Assembly: GCA_042408215.1 (NCBI GenBank)
Contig: JAYFMW010000006.1
Coordinates: 384,001-448,000 of the forward strand
Direction of reading: 5' to 3'
Source: Microcoleus sp.
Lineage (GTDB): Bacteria > Cyanobacteriota > Cyanobacteriia > Cyanobacteriales > Microcoleaceae
DNA length: 64,000 bases
Each line of letters begins with the position of its first letter. Positions within the stretch are counted from its first letter, which is position 1. The translations under genes and the position numbers were made by a program. The notes under the pieces were generated by a model that saw only the letters and a list, made by a program, of their open reading frames with translations, did no database searches and was not told the origin of the DNA. Of this stretch, positions 19,117 through 30,534 are shown one piece after another.

Positions 19117-20505
19117 TCACGGTTCGGGATCTTTCAGCTTCCAACCGGGTTTGGCAACTTGTCGCGATCGCGCAATTACCAAACAATCATCCGGCACATC
19201 TTCTGTGAGTACAGAACCTGCCGCCACAGTGACATCTTCCCCCAAAGTTATCGGTGCAACTAGCACGCTGTTAGAACCGATTTTGGTGCGATCGCCTATG
19301 CTCGTTTTGTGCTTGTTCACCCCATCATAATTGGCAGTAATTGTCCCCGCACCGATGTTGACTTTCTCTCCCAAAATCGCGTCTCCTAAATAAGACAAGT
19401 GAGCAACATTAGTTCGATCGCCTATTTGAACATTTTTCAATTCCACAAAATTTCCTACCCGACAATTCGCCCCAACTTCTGCGTGTCCCCGCAAGTGTGC
19501 GTAAGGGCCAATTCGCGAATTTTCAGCGACAATACTGTCAGAAATCACCGAAAAAAGTACAGTCACATTTTCCCCAATTTGACTGTTTTCAATCAAACTG
19601 CCGGGGCCGATGCGGCTACCCGAACCGATCGAAGTTTGTCCCCGCAAATGTGTTTGGGGTTCAATTACCACATCCGGCTGCAATTTTACCCGATCGTCGA
19701 TGGTAATGCTGTTCGGATCGATCAGCGTCACTCCCGCCGCCATCCACTCGTCTTTTACCCGCGTTTGCAGTATGTCGCAAGCTGTGGCTAAATGTTTGCG
19801 ATCGTTAATTCCCAAAATTTCCTGATAATCTTCGACATCCACAGCCATCACGGGAGCGAGATAATTTACCGTATCAGTTAGGTAATATTCTTTTTGGTCA
19901 TTTTCGGCCTTCAATTCTGGCAATATTTTCTCTAAATCTGGCCATTTAAAACAATAAACACCTGCATTAATTCGGTGATTTTGCTTTTGAGCTTTGGTGC
20001 AATCACGATCTTCTACAATTTCTTTGACTAAGTTTTGACTGTCTGTAAATACTCGCCCGTATCCTTGAGGATTTGGCAAATTAGCAGTCAATAACGTAGC
20101 GGAGTTTTTATGATATTTGTGAATATCCATCAATTGTTTCAGGGTTTGCGATCGCAGCAAGGGTACATCCCCATTTAAAACTAGCAAATCTCCCTGAAAT
20201 CCCTCTAAGTGAGGCAGCAATTGTTGGATGGCGTGACCGGTTCCCAATTGCTCGGTTTGTTCGACAAATTCTAGGGGAGGAAATTCAGGGTTGTCATCCT
20301 GTAATTCTCTACTACCCAGCAGGGATTCTTTAACGAGTTCGCCCCGATAGCCGACGATGACAAGTCGCCGGGAAATTGAAATCTCGTGACAACTACAGAG
20401 CACTCGCTCGACTAGGGATCTACCGCCCAATTCGTGTAAAACTTTGGGCAAGTCAGATTTCATCCGCGTGCCACGTCCAGCCGCTAAAATTGCTATTGCT
20501 ACCAT
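19117..20505 (-). CDS. glmU: Bifunctional UDP-GlcNAc pyrophosphorylase/glucosamine-1-P acetyltransferase
   Basis: [25 protein letters not shown], hexapeptide repeats, [19 protein letters not shown]. Confidence 0.97.
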   Translation of the reverse strand: MVAIAILAAGRGTRMKSDLPKVLHELGGRSLVERVLCSCHEISISRRLVIVGYRGELVKESLLGSRELQDDNPEFPPLEFVEQTEQLGTGHAIQQLLPHLEGFQGDLLVLNGDVPLLRSQTLKQLMDIHKYHKNSATLLTANLPNPQGYGRVFTDSQNLVKEIVEDRDCTKAQKQNHRINAGVYCFKWPDLEKILPELKAENDQKEYYLTDTVNYLAPVMAVDVEDYQEILGINDRKHLATACDILQTRVKDEWMAAGVTLIDPNSITIDDRVKLQPDVVIEPQTHLRGQTSIGSGSRIGPGSLIENSQIGENVTVLFSVISDSIVAENSRIGPYAHLRGHAEVGANCRVGNFVELKNVQIGDRTNVAHLSYLGDAILGEKVNIGAGTITANYDGVNKHKTSIGDRTKIGSNSVLVAPITLGEDVTVAAGSVLTEDVPDDCLVIARSRQVAKPGWKLKDPEP

Positions 20506-20649
20506 TGTGCGATCGCTCGATCTAGTATTTACTAAACAGGGTGGAAATCAACAAAGATTTGAAGATTGGCTAACTGATGATATCACTCGCCGTCGGTAAA
20601 TTGCACATAGTTTGCCTCCCATAGCCGATCGTAGGGGTAGCGCCAGATT

Positions 20650-20988
20650 CATTGGTGTCAACAAACAGGCTAAAACCCACGATCAATGTCGCTTGTAGTC
20701 AAGTCTCGCTCCCCCGTACATCCCCCACCCCCCAGCCCCCCTTGGGGCTAAGGGGGATCGGGAAGACTGTGGACTCAGACCAATTTAATGGGTCGTTGCA
20801 TATATCTCGATCCCCCTCGCATCCCCCTTAATCAGGGAGTAGGGTGTGAGTAGGGGTTGACTTTGAGCAGAATCTTGTTCCCCCCTTATTAAGGGGGGTT
20901 AGGGGGGATCAGATTCTACGGGGCCTCATAAAAAACTGGACTCAGACGGTATACTGATACTACTTTTGACGTTAAGTTGACACCTATG
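20650..20988. mobile_element. GTGTCAAC-TIR MITE containing a second MITE (~20779-20939)
   Basis: CATTGGTGTCAAC / GTTGACACCTATG ends; inner CCAATTTAATGGGTCGTTGC..AAAAACTGG element, flanked by repeated ACTCAGA, recurs at ~31479-31659. Confidence 0.75.
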
Positions 20989-21265
20989 CGCCAGAGCGAT
21001 CGCCCCTAATCTATCCGGCAACCACCGGGGGACTTGCCCCTACAGCACTTTCAAGAATCCTGCCAGTGGGGCCAACTACGGGGCCTACAGCCCTGCCCAT
21101 TCTGCCTAAAGATGTAAATAAACCAATATTTGCATCTTTTAGCTTTGATTTGCCACGATATATTATACTATTTGTTGAATTTCAGTTGTTGTGTTTTGAA
21201 CCAAAGAAAATTTTTTCTGATTTTTTTATCTATTCTGCCTTCTCAAATCTAAAATCTAAAATCCG

Positions 21266-22306
21266 ATGACAGAGCTTAATTTTTACGAACTTGCAAAGCA
21301 GGGAAATCCGCAGGCGATCGCATTTTTGCTAGAGGCCCACTTGCCATCGGTCGGCATCGCAATCGCAGTTCATCTCAACGGCGATTGTTTGGATGTAATT
21401 TTTGAGTCCGAGCAAGTACCGGCACAAGATAAGTTTGTGGAATTTGTCCGCAGCGAGTTGACTGATTTGCAGCCGAATTCGATTAGCAAGGTGAAGGTTG
21501 AAGGCAGAGAAACAGGTCAGATTGCTGCGGTTTGGAGTCAAGAGTTTACTTTGAATAAAAGCAGTTTTTATGAAGAGACAATTGCTGAAGAATCCGTGGA
21601 AAATACTACGGTGGAACCTCCGTCAAATGACAGGAAAACTAACAGCTATATTCAGGAAACCCCGCCGGAATTAACTGGTCTTGAGAATCGGTTGCGCTCG
21701 ACTTTAATTGTAGTCGGGATTGTGACGGGTATTTTGGCGATCGCAGTGGTTACATTTGTCACTAAAACTTTGAACGAGTCGGCAGCAAAATTAGATCAAA
21801 ATCCCGATAATACAACGAGTTTGACAACTGCACCAGATACTTTTAGAGAGGCCGTTAACAGTGCGCTCAGAGCCGCCGAATTGGGACGATCGGCAAAAAC
21901 TAAGGAGGATTGGACTTTAGTTGCCGATCGCTGGCAAGAAGCGGTCTCTTTGATGAGGAGAGTACCGGTATCGAGTCCTAACTATCAGGTAGCTCAGACA
22001 AAAGTCGTTGAATATCAAAAATATCTGCTTTACGCTCAAGAATCAGCAGTAAATCCTCCACCGCCAAGTCCAAGTCCCGAAACTGCTGACCCCAAAAAAT
22101 CGGAAAAATCCAAGTCTAAAAAATCTAATTCCGAAACAGAAACTTCGGAAAAACTCAAGTCTAAAAAATCTAATTCCGAAAAATCAACGTCCGAAAAAGC
22201 AACTTCAGAGGAATCAAATCCTCAGAAATCTAATTCTGAAACAGCAAATCCTGAAAAAGTAAATCCTGAAAAAGCAACTTCAGAGAAGGCAAATCCTGCT
22301 AAGTAG
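21266..22306 (+). CDS. Conserved cyanobacterial membrane protein, function unknown
   Basis: LAKQGNPQAIAFLL N-terminal motif; one TM; DTFREAVNSA..W..VADRWQEAVSLM helical domain; Ser/Lys/Glu low-complexity tail. Confidence 0.75.
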   Translation: MTELNFYELAKQGNPQAIAFLLEAHLPSVGIAIAVHLNGDCLDVIFESEQVPAQDKFVEFVRSELTDLQPNSISKVKVEGRETGQIAAVWSQEFTLNKSSFYEETIAEESVENTTVEPPSNDRKTNSYIQETPPELTGLENRLRSTLIVVGIVTGILAIAVVTFVTKTLNESAAKLDQNPDNTTSLTTAPDTFREAVNSALRAAELGRSAKTKEDWTLVADRWQEAVSLMRRVPVSSPNYQVAQTKVVEYQKYLLYAQESAVNPPPPSPSPETADPKKSEKSKSKKSNSETETSEKLKSKKSNSEKSTSEKATSEESNPQKSNSETANPEKVNPEKATSEKANPAK

Positions 22307-22448
22307 GCGATCGCACAAAAACAATAATATCCAATTTGGAATTGTAGGGGCGGGTTTAGTTAGGGTCTATATTCGGAGCGAGTTTACTGCGGCCCAACCC
22401 GCCCGACCCCATGTTATATTTATTTTTACCCACTTACTTAGATCAACT

Positions 22449-23270
22449 ATGAATGACAATAATTCGATCGTTTCTCCTGAATGGTTGGTAGTCAATACCG
22501 AAAACCCGCAAGTTGTAATTGTTGACTGTCGTTTTTCTCTCGCCGACCCAGAATTGGGACAAAAACAATATCAAGAAAGTCACATTCCGGGAGCTTTCTA
22601 TTTGGATTTAAACCGCGATCTCGCTAGTTCAGTTGCCAAACATGGTGGCAGACATCCGCTACCAAATATTGCAGAATTAGCTGATAAATTGAGTGCGATC
22701 GGCATTAATTCACAAGAAACCTTAGTCGTCGTCTACGACGATTCGCGGTTGGCTTTTGCGTCTCGTTTGTGGTGGCTGTTGCGATATATGGGACATAGCA
22801 AAGTAGCTTTGTTGTCTGGCGGTTTTAGTGGCTATAAAGCGGCTGGATATCCGGTGGTAAATACTTGGCCAGAACCCCGCGAGGGTAAATTCGTACCGGA
22901 ATTGCAACCGGAATGGATTGTCGATATTGAGGCTGTGAAAGCTCGCAAAGATTTACCAGGAGAGGTTTTGGTTGATTCGCGGGAGAGCGATCGATATCTG
23001 GGCATTCGGGAGCCGATCGACCCCATTGCAGGCCACATTCCCGGTGCTGTTAATTACCCTTGGCAAGATGTGACAGATGAGGGAGGAAAAGTGCGATCGG
23101 CATCTGAACAAAAGCAGCGGTGGACGGAATTAGAAAAAGCTGAAGAAATCATTGTTTACTGCGGTTCTGGGGTAACAGCTTGCGTGAATTTATTGTCTTT
23201 AGAAATAGCTGGAATTCCGAATGCTAAACTTTATGTCGGTAGCTGGAGTGACTGGTGTTCTTATCAGTAG
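22449..23270 (+). CDS. Tandem-rhodanese sulfurtransferase (SseA-like)
   Basis: HIPGA twice, GGRHPLP, active-site YCGSGVTAC, LYVGSWSDW. Confidence 0.92.
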   Translation: MNDNNSIVSPEWLVVNTENPQVVIVDCRFSLADPELGQKQYQESHIPGAFYLDLNRDLASSVAKHGGRHPLPNIAELADKLSAIGINSQETLVVVYDDSRLAFASRLWWLLRYMGHSKVALLSGGFSGYKAAGYPVVNTWPEPREGKFVPELQPEWIVDIEAVKARKDLPGEVLVDSRESDRYLGIREPIDPIAGHIPGAVNYPWQDVTDEGGKVRSASEQKQRWTELEKAEEIIVYCGSGVTACVNLLSLEIAGIPNAKLYVGSWSDWCSYQ

Positions 23271-23348
23271 TAGGGTGCGCTGCGGCGCACCTTACAGGAA
23301 ATAAGTAGGGTGCGCTGCGGCGCACCTTACAGGAAATAACAGAATATC

Positions 23349-24821
23349 CTAAAAATCAAAATAAATATAAGGCAAACCACCAGCCGGTGCCAACACCCAA
23401 ACCGCATACAAACAAAGTGGCACTAACACCAACTTCACTGGCCAATTTAACTCCAACTTCAAACTCCGACTCAAGGCATAATTCCCCAGCATCGCCACCG
23501 CCAACGCCCCCAAAATCCAACTCAATTGCACTCTTTCTAAGCCCAAGGCTTCCACATAAACTTTATGTGCAAACTGCGCGTCAGCAGTATGTCCCCACAA
23601 ATGGGAAATCGCCCATCCAGAATCTTTCAAATTGGGAAGACGGAAAAATATCCAACTAGCAAAAACCATACATTGAGTCAATAGCCAACCGCTCAAAATG
23701 CCGATCGAACTTTCCCAGAAAAACTCCAGCCGCCACCGCTTACAAACAACATCTGTCAGCCGATGAATCGCCAAAGCCAAACCATGTAAACCTCCCCAAA
23801 CAATAAATCCCCAAGCCGCCCCGTGCCAAATTCCAGCAATTAACATGACGAGTGATAAATTCAGACAATTGCGCCACAAACCAACCCGCGAACCCCCCAA
23901 AGGAAAATACAAATAATTCCGCAACCAATCCCCCAAAGTTATGTGCCAGCGGCGCCAAAAATCAGCGATACTGGCGCTAAAATAAGGGAAATCAAAATTT
24001 GGTGGCAAGTACCAACCCATCAGCAAAGCAGTACCACGCGCCATGTCAACATAGCCGCTAAAATCGAGATAAAGTTGCAACCCGTAAGCAAAAATCGCTA
24101 GCCACAAATCCCCGCTACCAGCCCGCTGCAAATTGGTAAAACTTAAATCGACATAAATTCCCAAATTGTCAGCGAAAAGCCCTTTTTTTGCCGCACCAAA
24201 AGCGATCGTCCAAAGTGCCTCAGCAATTCGATCTGCTGTCGGAAATCGCTGGGACTTGAGTTGATTGATTAAGTTGTGATACCGAGTAATTGGGCCAGAA
24301 ATTAGTTTTGGGAAAAATAACTTGTAAGCAGCAAAGTGCAGCAGCGAAGTCGCAGCCGGAGCGCCTCGATACACGTCTATCAAGTAAGCAATGCACTCAA
24401 AGCAAAAGAAACTCAATCCTAAGGGTGCAATGACGTGAGTTTTTACCCAGTCTGCATTGTCTAGAGCTAATGACCAATTGCATAAAGTGCCGATCGAATT
24501 CAAGAAAAAAGGCACATACTTAAAACCCAGAAGCAGCAAAACATTCAGGCTAATTCCTGTCAACAGCAGCCACAAACGGCGGCGGTTCCAAGTTTCATTA
24601 GCAATCCGCCAATCCAAGGGTTCCCCAATAGCCATCGCCAAGCCGTAATTAAATAGAGTACCAACTAACAGCAGAGGAATGTACCAAATTTGCAGCGAAG
24701 CGTAAAAAATCAGACTAGCAACCAGCATGATGAACAGTCGCCACCACAGAAGGGGAATCAACCAATAAGCCACGAAGACAACTAGCAAAAACAGGGCGTA
24801 TTGAAGGGAGATAAAAGTCAT
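23349..24821 (-). CDS. MBOAT family O-acyltransferase (AlgI/DltB-like)
   Basis: PLGLSFF, FFPKLISGPI, YLDFSGY, FWRRWHITL, GIWHGA. Confidence 0.92.
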   Translation of the reverse strand: MTFISLQYALFLLVVFVAYWLIPLLWWRLFIMLVASLIFYASLQIWYIPLLLVGTLFNYGLAMAIGEPLDWRIANETWNRRRLWLLLTGISLNVLLLLGFKYVPFFLNSIGTLCNWSLALDNADWVKTHVIAPLGLSFFCFECIAYLIDVYRGAPAATSLLHFAAYKLFFPKLISGPITRYHNLINQLKSQRFPTADRIAEALWTIAFGAAKKGLFADNLGIYVDLSFTNLQRAGSGDLWLAIFAYGLQLYLDFSGYVDMARGTALLMGWYLPPNFDFPYFSASIADFWRRWHITLGDWLRNYLYFPLGGSRVGLWRNCLNLSLVMLIAGIWHGAAWGFIVWGGLHGLALAIHRLTDVVCKRWRLEFFWESSIGILSGWLLTQCMVFASWIFFRLPNLKDSGWAISHLWGHTADAQFAHKVYVEALGLERVQLSWILGALAVAMLGNYALSRSLKLELNWPVKLVLVPLCLYAVWVLAPAGGLPYIYFDF

Positions 24822-25398
24822 GCGATTTGAGATTGTAGATTTGAGATTGTAGATTTGAGATTGTAGATTTTAGATTGTTCCCATCCTGAGTCTGCGAAGG
24901 AATGAATCCGGGGACTTGTGACTAAATTGCTTGATTGTCATTTTTCACAAATAAATAAGATAACAAGACTTACGCACCGACTCTACTTCTAGGGTGCTGA
25001 TAGTTGCACCTTACTACTACAGATAGTGTAAAAATTGACTCATGCAGCGTAAGTTCTGGATCAGTGTTTGCATATTTTACTCCACCAATGTTTTCCTATT
25101 GGAAATAAAGCTTGTTTTGAGTTCGCCCGATGCCGGAAAGATTCAGCTTTGTCATTTAATTCGGCGTCAAGTGCCACAACTACGCGATGAGTATCTTCTA
25201 GTTCTTGATTTAATTTTACTCGTGATTTTTGACGCGGTTGGAGTGAGTATAAAGTGCGTAGTAATTCTGGATTTTGTTGCTGAATTTCTGCCTAGGTATC
25301 TGAGGAAAATTGGCGCGCTAGTTGGTCAACTAATTGATTTAATTCGATCGCACTCAGGGACGGCATCAGTTGGGAAAACTGCTTGATTAATTGTACAG

Positions 25399-25926
25399 TT
25401 AACTGTTGGCGCGATCGGGGTCAGAGCCGAACTGCAAAATACGTTTGACGATCGCCGTGGTAGAACTAGAAACTTCTATTTTGATCAAGGAAATCTTGCC
25501 ACCTACCGCTTCAACTGCCGGTGCTTCGGGGAGTGTTGACAGTTGATAGTCGCCTCCTTTAACGTATATATCTGGCTTCAGGGTAGTTATCAGTTGAGTT
25601 GCTGTCATCTCCGAAAAAATTACTACTGCATCTACTGATCTGAGAGCCGCCAGCACTTCGGCTCGCTGGTTTTCCGGTACGATCGGGCGGGGCGGAAATC
25701 CCGGCTGCTGGGGTTTGAGCGCAACCACGCTCGCATCGCTATTCAAGCCCACCACGAGCGATCGCCCCAAGGTTTTGGCCGCCTGCAAATAGCGGACATG
25801 ACCTGCGTGAAGGAGATCGAAGCAGCCGTTGGTAAAGACGATCGGACGCCACCGCTGCGGATCAGAGGCGATCGCCTCTTCGAGTTCTCTCAACCAGTAA
25901 ACACCAGAAATCATTGCGATCGACAC
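25399..25926 (-). CDS. rfaE2: D-glycero-beta-D-manno-heptose 1-phosphate adenylyltransferase (RfaE domain II)
   Basis: VFTNGCFDLLHAGHVRYL, VVGLNSDASV, YVKGGDY, SSTT. Confidence 0.88.
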   Translation of the reverse strand: MSIAMISGVYWLRELEEAIASDPQRWRPIVFTNGCFDLLHAGHVRYLQAAKTLGRSLVVGLNSDASVVALKPQQPGFPPRPIVPENQRAEVLAALRSVDAVVIFSEMTATQLITTLKPDIYVKGGDYQLSTLPEAPAVEAVGGKISLIKIEVSSSTTAIVKRILQFGSDPDRANS

Positions 25927-26163
25927 CAGCGAAATTGAACAGCGACCAATAATCTTACCAAGAAATGCGCTTTTCTTGCACCTGACGAGAGTGAAAAATT
26001 AATAACTCAAGTTATTGGTGATTGATTATTGGTTACTTGCGATCGGTTATTGGTTATTTGCGATCGGTTATTTGTTATGGGGGATCGCCCAGACTTGTCG
26101 TGCTGATTCCGGGAATGTCCTAAAAACTCTTTACCAAGAAATTGGGTCTGAAGCCCCGTCCTT

Positions 26164-26304
26164 CTAGGACGGCTTTTTCTTTAACTTCAAGCCCCTAATC
26201 AACTCCCTAAGAACATCTGTCTTGGTTCTTCCTACAGAATTGCAATAGTCCTCTAGTATCTGCATCTCAAGTTCTTCAATCCTGAAATCTAATCTTCTTT
26301 TCAT
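26164..26304 (-). CDS. Ribbon-helix-helix (CopG-like) protein, 46 aa, absent from the ORF track
   Basis: MKRRLDFRIEELEMQILEDYCNSVGRTKTDVLRELIRGLKLKKKPS; homolog at 58922-59062. Confidence 0.8.
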   Translation of the reverse strand: MKRRLDFRIEELEMQILEDYCNSVGRTKTDVLRELIRGLKLKKKPS

Positions 26305-26338
26305 CAAACTATCCGGTTATTTGCTGTATAATAATAGC

Positions 26339-27541
26339 ATGAAAAGCCGTTATCAGTATCGAATCTACCCCACAGACCAACAGCAGAGAGCCTTAGCTAT
26401 GCTCTTTGGTTGTGTCCGTGTGGTGTGGAATGATGCTCTGGGGTTATGCAAGCAATCAGAGAAGCTACCTAAAAATAGTGACCTCCAAAAGGTTTGCATT
26501 ACTCAAGCTAAACACCTTAAAGAGAGAGCGTGGTTAAGCCGGGTGTCAGTTACACCTCTGCAACAATCCATAGCTGATTTAGGAGTGGCATACAAGAACT
26601 TCTTTGACTCCCTCAAGGGGAAAAGGAAAGGGCAAAAAGTAGGCTCTCCTAAGTTCAAGAAAAAGGATAATCGGCAATCAGCTAGGTTTACCAAAAATAG
26701 CTTCAGCATCAAAGGTAATAAAGTTTATCTGGCTAAAATCGGTAATCTCAAAACCTTCTGGTCACGTCCTTTACCGACCGTACCCAGTTCAGTCACGGTA
26801 ATCAAAGATAGAGCTAATCGTTATTTCCTGAGCTTTGTAGTTGAGATTATCCCAGAAATCAAGCCGGCTATTCATCCATCAGTAGGAATTGATTTAGGGA
26901 TTAAAACCTTTGCTGTCCTGAGTACAGGAGAGAAAGTTGACAGCCCTGATTATTCCCCACTGGATAGGAAAATTAGAAGGTTTCAGAGACGGTTAGCCAA
27001 GCGGGTAAAAGGCTCCAAGCGGCGGGAAGTAATGCGGCTGAAGGTAGCCAAACTGAAAGCCAAGGAACAAGACACCCGGAAAGATTTCCTGCATAAACTA
27101 TCAACTAGAGTAACTAACGATAACCAAGTGATTGCTCTGGAAGATTTGAATGTTTCGGGGATGGTGAAGAACCGGAAATTAGCTAGGGCTATTAGCCAAG
27201 CAGGATGGCGAGAATTTAGAACTCTAGTTGAAAATAAATCAACTAAGTTGGGCAGAGAATTTGTTGTCATCAGTAGATGGGAACCAACCAGCCAAATCTG
27301 TTCTGAGTGTGGTTATAAATGGGGCAAGTTAGATTTATCCGTGAGGGAATTAGTTTGTCTCAATTGTGGCGCTCAACATGATAGAGATGGCAATGCTGCC
27401 AAAAATATAGAAAAAGTCGGGGTAGGGCATACCCACGACTCTAAATGGACGGGGAGGGAGTGTAAGACCTCGGTAGAGGCTGTTTCCGTTGAGCCGTCAA
27501 CCCAAGTAGAAGTAGTTCAGTTAACCCTGTTCGCTTGCTAG
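26339..27541 (+). CDS. tnpB: RNA-guided endonuclease TnpB, apparently intact
   Basis: YQYRIYP..FGCVRVVWN; RuvC residues in GIDLG, LEDL, DRDGNAA; CSEC..CLNC zinc finger. Confidence 0.93.
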   Translation: MKSRYQYRIYPTDQQQRALAMLFGCVRVVWNDALGLCKQSEKLPKNSDLQKVCITQAKHLKERAWLSRVSVTPLQQSIADLGVAYKNFFDSLKGKRKGQKVGSPKFKKKDNRQSARFTKNSFSIKGNKVYLAKIGNLKTFWSRPLPTVPSSVTVIKDRANRYFLSFVVEIIPEIKPAIHPSVGIDLGIKTFAVLSTGEKVDSPDYSPLDRKIRRFQRRLAKRVKGSKRREVMRLKVAKLKAKEQDTRKDFLHKLSTRVTNDNQVIALEDLNVSGMVKNRKLARAISQAGWREFRTLVENKSTKLGREFVVISRWEPTSQICSECGYKWGKLDLSVRELVCLNCGAQHDRDGNAAKNIEKVGVGHTHDSKWTGRECKTSVEAVSVEPSTQVEVVQLTLFAC

Positions 27542-28196
27542 GAATCACCGTGGCTTTAGCCCGGTGAGGATGTCAATCATCTCAATTAGAAACTTGAGAA
27601 AGCTTCACAGCTACGGGCGATCGCGCGCACCGACACCCCAGCTCAACTCTGGATACCATTGCAGAAACTCCGCCCTCTATCGTCGCAGCCGACCTCAAGA
27701 AAACCCAAGGGAAAGTCAAAGCCGTTACCCGAACCATCTATATTGGTGGAAAATAACCTAAAATCAGGGACGGTCTGAATCAGATTCGGAGTTTCCCCTC
27801 TCCGGGGCCGTTGGCACCAAGCGGGATTGCTGTTTCCTGAAATTCGGGACTAAACCTCGACTGTAGGCACTATGCTATACAGTTATAAAACAGTCCTGGA
27901 CGCACGCGGGGGCCGTTTTTGATCAAAGAGGCCCTGGTGGTTGATCCCAACGACTGCGTTGATCCTGAGCGTAGTCGAAGGGCTCAGGGGCCACGAAGCC
28001 GAAACCCTGCGGCGAGCATCACAAGCGAGCATCCACGATTTTTCGGATCAACTGGGTTTTTTTTGGCCGTCCTAAAAAGAAAAAGTATTATAAAACTTTA
28101 TTAAGTTTGTAAGCAGTAGTAAGCAATGGTAGTATCATATAGTCAGAAGGCTCAACTGAGATAATTATTGCGATTGTTAAAAAATGGAGAGTCAGA

Positions 28197-29467
28197 ATGC
28201 AACTAGCAGAGAGGCATATCATTAAATCCACCGAGAATCGTTTTGTTGAAATTGACGGATTAGCCTTTAAATCCAAAAATCTCTACAACGTCGCTAACTA
28301 CGTTATTCGTCAGAGTTTTGTCTATGGATGGGGTTATATCAATTACAACGAAATGAACTGTTTGATGAAGTCTCATCAAGCATATAAGGACTTACCAGCC
28401 AAGGTAAGTCAACAAATCTTGATGATATTGGACAAGAATTGGAAATCTTTTTTTGAAGCCGTTAAAGCTTACAATATTGAGCCAACAAAATTTACTGGTA
28501 GCCCAAAGTTGCCCAAGTACAAAGATAAAGTCAAAGGGCGAAACATTCTCGTTTATACGATTCAGGCGATTAGTAGCAAGCAATTGAAGAAAGGAATTAT
28601 CCATCTGTCCGGGACTAACATCTTGATTAAGACCCTGGTAAAACCAGAGCAAATTTGTCAAGTTAGACTTCCAAATGTGATTCTTATGTAATTGAGGTAA
28701 TTTATGATGAGCCGGAGTCCACCATTGATGAAAATCAGAAAGAATTAGTAGCTAGTATTGATTTAGGATTGAATAATTTAGTGGCGCTAACTTCAAATCA
28801 GCCGGGATTTGTCCCTTTACTGATTAACGGGCGACCATTAAAATCAATTAATCAGTTTTACAATAAGCGTAAAGCACATCTACAATCTCGATTGAAAGAG
28901 AGTCGCAAAACATCGCGTAGGATTCAGCGCTTGACTCGTTGTAGAAACCAGAAAATCGATAATTACTTACACCAGGCCAGTCGTTCTATCATCAATCTTT
29001 TAAGTTCAGGAAAGATTGGGACTCTGGTAATAGGGAAAAATGTACAATGGAAAAACGAGATTAATTTTGGAAAAAAAACTAATCAGAACTTCGTAACTGT
29101 TCCTCATGCTCGATTAATTGAGATGTTGGAATACAAAGCTGAATTGGTCGGAATAAGAGTGATGGTGCAGGAAGAATCATATACTTCTCAATCCAGTTTT
29201 CTGAATTTAGACCCGATTCCTGTTTACGGGAGTATTGGTGACATGGATGTCACATTTAGTGGCCAACGAATTAAGAGAGGATTGTACAAAACATCGAGCG
29301 GTAGATTAATTAATGCTGATGTTAACGGGTCTTATAATATTTTAAGAAAAGCAATCCCAAATGCCTTGTGCAATGGGATAGAGAGCTGCGTAGTTCAGCC
29401 GAGGCGGGTTAATCCGCTCGAAGTGAAAGCGAAAGGGGAGGGAATTAATGCCTCCCATGTCATATAA
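28197..29467 (+). pseudogene. tnpB: Frameshifted tnpB (MQLAERHII type, probably IS607-derived)
   Basis: Two ORFs (28197-28691 and ..29467) joined by a frameshift near 28670; SIDLGLNNL, QEESYTS, NADVNGSYNILRK. Confidence 0.85.
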
Positions 29468-29513
29468 TAGATGACTATACTTTTACAAGCTATAGAACCA
29501 TCCAACAGGAATT

Positions 29514-30344
29514 ATGAAAGCAACTAATAGCCGTCAATTTTCTTCTGTAGCCGCTCGAACACTAAAAGTAGTCGGAATTATCTTGATTCTCTCTGCTTTG
29601 CTTGACTGCATTGTTCTGTCGCTCCCTGGAGAAACGTCCGACATGATCAATCGAGGCTGGCAGTTGGCTGCTGCAACTCAAATAGTTGACCGGGGCATTA
29701 TTCCTTTAATGGGTATCGCCCTGCTTTTGACTGGCTTTTGGGTGGACAGCAGCACAGGAGTCTCTATTGAGAGGCGCAATTTTTGGCTTGACTTGCGATT
29801 CTGGGCGCTTTTGATTTCCAGCTTGTTAGGGCTAATTTACCTCTTGCTGGTTCCCGTTCACCTCAACAATACTCGTTTGGAACTCAAGGATGCCCTTGTT
29901 CAAGTCGATAGAGAAGCGGGACAAGCTGAGGGTCAACTTGAGGCGCAAATGAAAAGCGAGCAATTCAAAACTCAGATAGAACAACTCAAAAGCCAGCGCC
30001 GCAGCGAGATATCGGCGCTGCTGCAAGACGAGGGAAAAATGGCACAAGCACTCAAGAGTCCAGAGGTTCCCAAGGAATTGAAAGCTGTGCTTCAAGAGTC
30101 GAAAAATGACCCGAAAGCCCTAGACAAATTTCTCGAACAGCAAGCCCAAGAACTGCCAAATCAAGCCCGGAACGAGATTCGCACCCGCAAGCAACAAAAA
30201 GAGAAAGAGTTGAGAACTCGATCGAGAAATTCTAGTTTGCAGACGGGAATCAGCAGTTTATTATTGGCGATCGGCTATATTACTGTTGGTTGGACTGGAT
30301 TGAGAAGTATGGGGATGCTGCGGTTCGGCCGCCGCAAAGCTTGA
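29514..30344 (+). CDS. hpsJ: HpsJ family membrane protein (hormogonium polysaccharide pathway)
   Basis: ARTLKVVGIILIL..QIVDRGIIPLMGIALL..PVHLNN; three TMs, coiled coil, terminal TM; adjacent to a GT2 gene. Confidence 0.75.
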   Translation: MKATNSRQFSSVAARTLKVVGIILILSALLDCIVLSLPGETSDMINRGWQLAAATQIVDRGIIPLMGIALLLTGFWVDSSTGVSIERRNFWLDLRFWALLISSLLGLIYLLLVPVHLNNTRLELKDALVQVDREAGQAEGQLEAQMKSEQFKTQIEQLKSQRRSEISALLQDEGKMAQALKSPEVPKELKAVLQESKNDPKALDKFLEQQAQELPNQARNEIRTRKQQKEKELRTRSRNSSLQTGISSLLLAIGYITVGWTGLRSMGMLRFGRRKA

Positions 30345-30534
30345 CAGGCGAAAAGCGGGGAGCGCGCCGATCGAGACATCTCTGAGAAATACTTGATCTG
30401 CTGAATATAGCAACCGCCGAGGCAGTTAGGAAGTTGTTAATTGCTGAAACCATTGATTTTCTTGCATTTCCCTTCTTCCTTCTTCCGACTTCCATCGAAC
30501 TTCTGCTATAGTTTGCCCTTACTAAAAGCTGGGA

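Larger units (their letters stand above)
26135..27576 (+). mobile_element. TnpA-less IS200/IS605 element (divergent RHH gene plus tnpB)
   Basis: TTTAC target motif at 26130-26134; left-end hairpin CCGTCCTTCTAGGACGG; right-end hairpin ending GGATGTCAA at 27576. Confidence 0.85.

Noticed and set aside
22662..22673. 12-nt match to the reverse complement of the mini-array spacer end (CCAAATATTGCA)
   Set aside because: Too short and AT-rich to be distinguished from chance.
25042..25386. 114-aa plus-strand ORF
   Set aside because: No recognisable motif; the minus strand shows a more protein-like frame with an internal stop, probably a decayed fragment that cannot be identified.
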